Origin: Clostridia bacterium
GTDB taxonomy: Bacteria > Bacillota > Clostridia > Christensenellales > UBA1242
Direction: 5' to 3'
Assembly: GCA_017936585.1 (NCBI GenBank)
Contig: JAGBFI010000039.1
Location: forward strand, 1-60,956
DNA length: 60,956 nucleotides
The number at the start of each line of letters is the position of its first letter. Within the stretch, counting starts at the first letter, position 1. The position numbers and the translations under genes are program-made. Of this stretch, positions 1 to 9,000 are shown piece after piece. The notes below the pieces were generated by a model that ran no database searches, was not told the origin of the DNA, and saw only the letters and a program-made list of their open reading frames with translations.

Positions 1-3000
1 GCCTGCAAATGTATATCCTGTTCTTGCTGGTGCTGTGATTGCAGATACCACTGCACTGTCATATGTCACTGTTGCACTTGTTGATCCTGCTGTTGTTGCT
101 TTGTTTCCTTCCAATGTGATTGTGTATGTCTCTGCTGTCCAATGAGCATAGAAAGCAAGTTCTGCCATTGCTGCGATTGGGTTGCTTGCAGCATCTCCCA
201 AATCTTTTTGCCAGATTACAGTTCCGTCAACAGAAACTGCGTATCCTGTTTGAGCGACCAAAACTCCTTCTTTGATGATGTAATCCGTTCCGTTTGGAGT
301 CAAAGTCCATCCGTCAAAGATATAACCCGTACGAGTTGGAGCTGTGATTGCTGTGATTGTTGAACTGTCGTATGTCACTTGAACTGAATTCGTTGATGAA
401 ACTCCACCATTTTCATTAAGAGAAACGATATAGATTTCAGCTTCCCATTGTGCTGTGAGAGTTACATCACCATATTTTCCGTTCAATGTGATTGGAGCAC
501 TTGTTGTTGGTTTGTAAATTGTTCCGTCAACCCATGTTCCTTCTGAGTTGCTTGCCTTCCAACCATTGAAGATGTAGCCAACGCGTGTTGGAACTTCAAG
601 GCTTTCTGTGCTTTCAGTGTTGTATTCTTGAGTTGATGTTGTGCCGTTGTTGATATATGTGATTGTGTAGCCAGTTGCTGCCCAAGTTGCTTTCACAGTT
701 CCGTTTCCAGCGCCAAATGTGTATACCTTTCCGCTGATTGAACCAAAGTTTGCACCTGTTGCTCCTGCCAATGTCCAAGCTGAGAAATCATATCCCGCTC
801 TTGTGATGTTGCCAAGAGTGTATGTGCTGCCATACACGCCAGAAACTGTTGTGTTTCCTGTGTATGTTCCGTTGTTTGCATCAATTGTGAGAGTGTATGT
901 TGAACGCTTGAAATAGATTGTGAATTCAGTTGTGCCGTTTCCGTTGATGTTCAATGGACCAACAACGTTTGCTGCGTCTTCATCATATTCAAATCCTGAC
1001 TTACTGTAAGTTGCAATGTTATCAGATGAGAGTGTGAATCTTGTGTCAACTGTTGCACCGCTTTCAACCGTCTTCTTTTCAACTGTTGAGTATGAAAGTT
1101 CATTTGAAGCGTCGATATCTTGATAATAAACGTTCACGATGTAGTTCACTTTTCCTGCCGTTGCGCCGATTGAGATTGCAACGTTCTTTGCAGGAGTTGT
1201 GAATGTCCCACCGGTGAGTGTTACATCACTTGATGTGTATGTGATTGTGTTGTAGCCCACATTGAGAGCTCCAACCACTGTCACACTTTCACCGAAGTAA
1301 ACTGTGTATGCTGCAACATCCGCGCCAGAATTTGAATCTGTCAAAGTTCTGCCAGCGTTGCCTGTTGCTGTGATGTTGCCAACGCCCTTGCCCCCTGTTG
1401 TTGTGTCTGTCACAGTCACTGTGAATGACTTTCTTGTGTAAACCAAGAAGATTGCAAGTGAGCCGTCACCTTGTACAACTGTACTGTTTGAAGCAAGGTT
1501 TGTTGTGTAAGATGTTGGAGTTGTAAATCCTGAGATTGCAGTGTAATAAGCTGCGATTTCGTCTGCAGAAACTGTAAGTCCAACAGTCTTTTCAGCACCA
1601 ACAGAAGAGTTGAGTGCATAGTTTGCTGCTGTGTAGTTTGCGCCGTTCTTCACAGGAGAGAAAGTTGACTTTCCTGCGACTGCAGCTTCAAGGGTTTGAG
1701 TAAATCTGTAAACAGTGTAACCCACGCTTTCGGCTCTCCATCTAGCGTAAACCACAAGGTCTGCATCATGCTTCCAAACGATTGCTTCGCTGCCTGCAAC
1801 TGTTGCAATTGCTGTGTAGTTTTCAAACGCGTCAAAAGCGCCGTCTTTGCCAATGATATAGTCCTCACCATCTTTTGTTACAGTCCAGCCAAGGAATGTA
1901 TAGCCCGCTCTCACTGGAGTGTGAATTGTGCCAACGATTGTTGGGCTGTCAAATGTTGTTTTGACTGTTGAAGATGATGTACTGTTGTAAGTTCCACCGT
2001 TGTAGTTGAGTGTAACTGTATATTCATCCGCATTTCTTTGTGCGTAAAGATTCAAAGTTGTAGTTCTTGTCCAAGCATCAATTGTTCCAGTGTAAGTTGT
2101 TCCACCGTTTGAAGCATCTGTCCAATGAGAGAATGTGTATCCTGTCACGTCAAATCCGTCAATAGCGTCACCATTCAAGAAGGTGAAGGCTTCGTCATAG
2201 GTTGCTTGAACTTTGTGTGTGACATCTGCGCCACCGTCATTTTTGTGATAAATCACGTCAATTTTGTTCACATCCCATGCCGCAGTAAGTGTGATTTCAT
2301 ATTGTTTTGTTGAGTCGTTGTAAGTTGTGTAGCTGTTTGCATTGAATGTGTTTTTGATTTGTGTTGCTCCGTTGAACCAACCAGCAAATGTATATCCGTC
2401 ACGTGTTGGAGTTGGCAAGCCTTTCACAACTGTTGATGTTTTGTCATAAACAGCTGTTGAATAAAGAGCATCATATTTCACATAGATTGTTCCGTTTCCA
2501 GTTGCATCTGTTGCAATTCCAGTTTCGAAGTTTGGAGTTGAAGATCCTGCATCCGCATTTGGATCCAAAGTGATTTCAACCCATAATGGTTCCCAAATCG
2601 CATAGAGCGTCACGCTTCCAGAATATGCAAGGTTTTTAACGCCTGTGCCAGTTACTGTCCAGCCTGCACTTGCATTGCCTGTTGGTGTCACGTTTGTGAT
2701 CAAAGATCCAAGAGTGCTGTTTGTTGTCTCAACTTCAGAAAGGCTTGTTGACCATCCAGAGAAGGTGTAACCTGCTCTCTTCACAACAGATGTGAATGTT
2801 CCTGCTTTATCATAAGTTGCAGTCAGCACTTTGTTTCCATCAACCGTGCTGAGAGTTGTATTTGTGCCTGCTGTTGCACTTGAGATTGTTCCGCCATTTG
2901 GAGCGAGAATGATTGAATAGTTGTTTGGTTTCCACTTCGCAGAAAGAGTAACAGAGTCTGCCTCCGTCCAATTTGCGACAAGAACGCCGTTTTTGTCGAT

Positions 3001-6000
3001 GACTTGTGTGCTGCCATTATACCAACCATCAAACACATAGCCATCTCTTGTTGCAAGAGGAGCGATTGTTGTTTCGGCATCTCTGCTTGCATAAATGTTT
3101 TTGCTGTCAAATTCGATGTAAATCTTGTTGTTTGTGATGGTATTCAAAGGATAAATTGTTGGAGTTGTTGTGCCGGTTCCTTTATTTGCATCCAAAGTCA
3201 CTTCAACCTTATTTGCAGTCCAGTTTGCAATAAATTTTCTGTGACCCATGCTGTTTGCAGGAAGCACTGTCATAAGGTCACTCGCATAAAGCAATTCATA
3301 TTCATAATTAAACCAAGAATTATGAATTACGTATGAGGCTTCCTCGTTGATATATTCTCCAGCTTCCTCAGGTTTACCTGAAAATACTCCCACTTGAGTT
3401 CCATCTTCATCAAAGAAGTAAATTCCAGAGATATCCATAAAAATATCACTTTCTGGTTTTGTATATGTCACACCTTTTCTGACTGTATATGTTTTTGAAG
3501 TAAAGCCAGCTGTGTCATAGATTTCAAACAAATCAAATACATCGGTCATTCCTTGGTACCAAGAATCTGCTGTGTAAACAAGAGCTTCAGTCCAACCAGC
3601 AAATGTGTAGCCGGTCTTTCCTGTTGCTGTTGGAAGATTTTTCGCTGCAGAGCCATATGTGTAAGTTTCGTCAGCGATTGCTGTTCCGCCTTGAGTGTCA
3701 TATGTGATTGTGTAAGTTTCTGGTGTCCAAACAGCCTTCAATGTCACGGTGCCATAACTGCCTTTTGCAAGAGTTGTATAAGTTTGAGTTGAAGACCATG
3801 TTCCCACAGCGGCTGTTGCTGTTGATTGCCAGCCTGAAAGCATATATCCATTTCTTCTTACATCATTCCAGCCAAGAAGTGTTCCTTCTGATTCAACATC
3901 ATAGATTCTCACAAGATGAGCATAGGCATCTTCTTCGCCATAATTTCTTCCCGTGTATTCACCGATAGATTCATCAATTTGATATGTGATTGTGTAACCA
4001 ACCTTGTTGTAATAGATTGTTACAACGAGACTGCCATCTCCAGCCACTTTAAGGCTGTTTGACTTGTTTGTTTCAAAAGACTTATATTCTCTTCCATAAA
4101 GTTGACTTGCAGGAATAAGAGCTTTCAAATCTTCGATTTTCAAAGTTGTGTCTGTGACAGCCTTTGTACCTGTGATGGTGCTTGCATCGCTGTAAGAACT
4201 TCCATCGATATCTCCGATTTGCAAACGATATTGAAGAGTATATGCAACTTCGTGTGCTGTTGCATTTGATTTAACATAATAGATGTTTGTTGTGTTGCTG
4301 AGGACATCTCCGTCTGCTTCTGACAATCCAAAAAGAGCCGCATTCATTGTGAATGTGTATGTGATGGTGTTGTCAGTTGAGTTTACAGTCTCACCAACTT
4401 GGGTTGTTGGATTCACTGAAGTTCCAGCTGTCCACTTGCCAAGTGTGTAGCCCGCTTTTGGAGCAGCCACAACCGTCACTGAAGAGCCGTATTCAACAGA
4501 AGTTGTTCCACTTGTTGTGTAATTTATTCCATTAATTTTGATGCTGTTGATTCCTGTGCCAACTGCGTAGTTGAGTGTGTAAGAAAGTTTTGACCAGTGA
4601 GCATACAAATCGAGTGTGGATTGTGCATACTTCCAAATAACTTCACTACTATCGTTCTTTGCAAGATAAAGCACGTTTCCGTTGTTTTCATCAACAAGTT
4701 TTTCCGCAAAATTTGAAACAACTGAACCATCAGCATTAAACACTTTCACACCGGCACCTTGTTCTTTTGTGAAGAAACCTTCAAATTTGTAACCTGTTCT
4801 CCAAGCTACGTCTGTGCCAACAGCTGCAGGAGTTCCGCTGATTTGAGAAATCTTTCCAACAGTTGCATCATATGTTGCAGTGTGAGACGAAGGTCCAAAA
4901 CCATTTTCGATGACAAGAGTAATTGTGATATTTGTTGTCACTGGAGTCCATACGGCTTCCAAAGTCACATCGTCATACAATGGTCCTGCAACTGAGCCAG
5001 AACGTGGAGTTGTTTTCATCGCAAGCCAAGTTGCGTTGTTGCCGTTGTAAGAGTCAGCCACTTTCCATTGCAATGTGTAACCAGTCTTAATCACTTGAGT
5101 TGAATCGTACAGAGAAACATTGGCATCAGTGATGTCATATTTTTCCGTTCCTGTCACTCCCTCAAAGTGAGCAGTGTTGTCAATTGAGTATGTGATTGTG
5201 TATTCATGAACATTCCATTGTGCAAAGAGAGTGATTGTTGCTGATACGTCATGTACCCAAGCACCGCCAACAACCCAACCATTTGTCGTGTTTGCAACGA
5301 ACGCACCTGTTGATATTGAAATTTGAACCCCGCTTGAAGCCGCAGTAAACAAACCTTGGAAATCATAACCAAGTCTTGTGAACACTAAGCTTGCAGTTGC
5401 TGTTCCTGTCTTGCCAGCATAAATCTTGTCGCTGTCATATTCAAAATAAACTGTTGCATTTGATGCCGTTGCCCCATTTGCATCATAAAGATTGCCAATT
5501 GAAACCGCATATCTTTCAGCGGTCCACTTTGCATAGAGGTTGTGATTGCTTGCAGTTGAAACAACTGTGTCCGCAGTCACCTTTGTTGTGCAAGAAGCAT
5601 CTTTATACCATCCACCAAATGTGTAACCAACTCTTGTTGCTTCAGCTTCTGCAACTGAACCATAAGTGTTGTCATAAGTCACTGATGTTGGATTTGGAGT
5701 TGGAAGAGTGACAGAATCAGTTGTGTTTGCAACATATGTCACATTGTATGTTCCTTGTGTCCAAACAGCATACAAGGTTGTTGAAGCTTCAGCACGTGTC
5801 CATGCTTTTGAAGCATTTGTGTAGCCAGCAACGCTTGCAATGAATGCACCTTTTGAATCAATAACTTTCACTGTTCCGTTCTTGCCAGTTGCCCATCCGC
5901 CAAACACATATCCAGTCTTTGTTGGAGTTGGAACCGTTCCTGTGATTGTTGAGCTGTCATAGGTTGCAGTCACAGAAGCAGTTGTTTCTGTTGCATTGCC

Positions 6001-9000
6001 TTGATTATAGTTCAAAGTGATTGCAAACTTGTTAGCTTGCCATTTTGAAACCAAAGTTTGTCCATCAGCCGCATTCAAAGTCCAGTTTGAAACAAGCACG
6101 CCGCTTGCATTGATGACTTGAGTGCTGCCGTTATACCAGCCAAGGAATGTGTAAGCCTCAGCACTATTGTCAACATCAATTGCTGTTGCTGTTGGCTTGA
6201 TAACTGAACCGCTGCCCGCATATGGATAAGCACTTCCTGTTCTCTTTTCATATATATTCTTAGTATTATAAGTAATGTAAACTTTATTATAATCAGCGCT
6301 TGCTGTTGCTGTGCCGTAGCCAGTCAAAGACAAGTTCACTTCAACAGTGTTTGCCGTCCATTGAGCGACAAGTGTTACATCCCCATATTTGTTTTGAACA
6401 GAAGTTCCTCCAGCGTATGTTGTTGCCGCAGCCCAGTTTCCAGCATCTGCAGAAGGCTTCCACCCCATGAATGTGTAACCGGTTCTTGTGATGTTTGCAG
6501 CAACTGGAAGAGTTGTTGTGTCTGTGATGACATAGCCTGTTGTTGGAGCAAATCCAGAAACCCAGCTTCCGCTGTTTGTGTTGAATGTGATTGTGTAAGA
6601 AAGCTCCTTCCAAACCGCATAGAGGTTTGCACCAACCGTTGTGCTTGCAAGCACTGTCGAAGAAGAGACGAGGATAGAGTTATCAACAGTCTCTGTTGAC
6701 TTATAAACTTTTCCGTGTTGAACCGTTGTCCAACCAATGAAAGTATATCCATTTGCCGCAGCAACAGGAAGAGTCCCGTATACTGTGTCAAAATCGATTG
6801 ATTTTTTCAAAGATGTTGTGTATGAAACGTCTCCAATCGTCACGCTTCCAGCATCTGACCAACCTGCTTTGTCAGACCAAGTTGCGTTTGCAACCCCAGT
6901 GTCTTTGTGAGCAAAGATGTCATATTTGTTTGCGTTCCATTTTGCATAGAGCGTTTTGTTTTCAGTGTATGTCCAACTTGAAGCCGCAGATCCATTTGCC
7001 TTGATAACAAGTTGATCATAACTCACAACTTCAGTTCCATCCAAAGTCACTGTATACCAACCATCAAAAGTGTAACCTTCTCTTGTTGCAACAGGCGTTG
7101 CCGCATTTGAAAGGACATCATTTGTGTTTGTTGAATAAAGTGCCATTCCATCAAAGTAAATATACAAAGGAGTTGTTCCGCTTGTAAGTTCTCCCCCATT
7201 TACATTGAGTGTGATGGTGTAAATTTCTTTTTTCCAGTTTGCGTAGAGGTTCAAAGTTGCTGTTGAATCATCATATGTTGAAAGTGAAGAGTTCAAAACT
7301 GTTGTTGCCAAAACAAGAGTTCCACTTCCATTTTCGCCCGTTCTCCAACCAGTGAAACTATACCCTTCTCTTGTTGCAGTTGCAGCAAAAGAACCAATTG
7401 CTTTTCCGTATGTTTTTGTTTCGCTTGTTGGATTGATTGTTGGAGTTGTTGATCCTGTTGGAGTTCCAACAAGGTATTTCACAGTAACTGTTTTTGCTTG
7501 CCAAACAGCATAGAGTTTTCCTGTTTTGTTTGCATCGCTATAATCGCCAACTGTTACGTTTGTCAATTTTGTTGAAGCTGTCACATTGCTTGCTGTTGCA
7601 CTTGCGCTTGTTGCCCAGCCAAGGAAGTTGTATCCCACACGACTTGCTGTCATAAGAGTGCCATAAGCTGTGTCATAAACAACATTTTGTGTTGTGCCTG
7701 TTGTGATTGTCACACTGTCAGAGCCTGCGTTTGCGACATATGTCACCGTGATTGTGTTTGCCGTCCAGTGAGCATACAAGGTTCCATTCTTTCCAGATTC
7801 GCTGTAATTTCCGATTGTTGAACTTGTCAAAACTGTTGTTGTTGAAACTTTTGTTCCGCCACTTGCAGCTGTATACCAACCATTGAATGTGTAGCCTGTT
7901 CTTGATGCTGTTGCCAATGTCCCATAAGCCACGCCATAAGTCTTGCTTGCTGTTGTTGGAGAAACTGATGGAGTTGAAGAACCTGTGCCTGCATTTGCAT
8001 TGTATGTCACTTTGATTGTGTTTGCACCCCATTGAGCATACAAGGTTCCTGTAAGATTTGCGTGATCAATATTTCCAACTGTGTTCGCATTGAATGTTGT
8101 TGCATTTGAAACCTTTGTTCCGCCGCTTGCAGCTGTGTACCAACCGCTGAATGTATATCCAGTTTTTGTTGTTGTTGGAAGTGAAGAATAAACCGCATCA
8201 TAATTCACTTTGATTGAGTTTGCTGCGCTTCCGCCGTTTTCCTCAAAAGAAATTGTGTATGTGTTTGGTGTGAATTTTGCATAGATTGTTCCCACCATAC
8301 TTCCATCTTCAGCCCACGTTGCACCATTTGCATCGAACACTGAAGAGTTTGCAGTCAATTTTGTTGAAAATGCAGAATCTGCATACCAGCCATTGAAAGT
8401 ATATCCTGTTTTTGTGATGTCAGGCAAATCTGTTGATGTGTAAGTTGTTGCAAAAGTCTTACTCTTGTCAGCAACTGTTGTTCCGCCATTTTCTTGATAA
8501 GTCAAAGTCACGCCACTTGTTTTTGCTGTCCATGCTGAATACAAAGTCAAAGATGTTCCCGAAAGGTCACGTTGCCAAACAGGACTGCTTCCTGATGTTG
8601 TGTATCCAGAGAGATAAACATACTTTCCGCTTGTGTTGATAACAGTGTCAGTACCCCCCTTAGTCACTGTCCAACCTGCAAAGTTATAACCAAATCTTGT
8701 TGGAGTTGGGATTGTTCCTGTGATTGTTGCGCTGTCATATGTAACCTTAACTGTTGCAGAACCACTCACGTCAGCATCAGCATAATTCAAAATCACATTG
8801 TAAGTTTCAGCAGACAATACTGCGTTCATATCTACATGTCCATATATTCCTGTCAAAATTGAGCCAGCAGCGTGTGTACTGTCAACAGTCCAATTATAAT
8901 CACTGCCCATTGGTGAAGCAACCCAATGCACAAGTTGATACCCTTCTACTGATGCAGATTCTATAGTAATCTTATCTTCAATATCATATTCATAGGCGGC

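Noticed and set aside
3004-6699. Cys-rich plus-strand ORFs (for example 3004..3336 and 6361..6699) and off-frame minus-strand ORFs inside the first 11.9 kb.
   Set aside because: These are antisense or off-frame shadows of the giant repeat gene. Their translations are low-complexity (C/S/V-rich or Q/L-rich) and they have no RBS.
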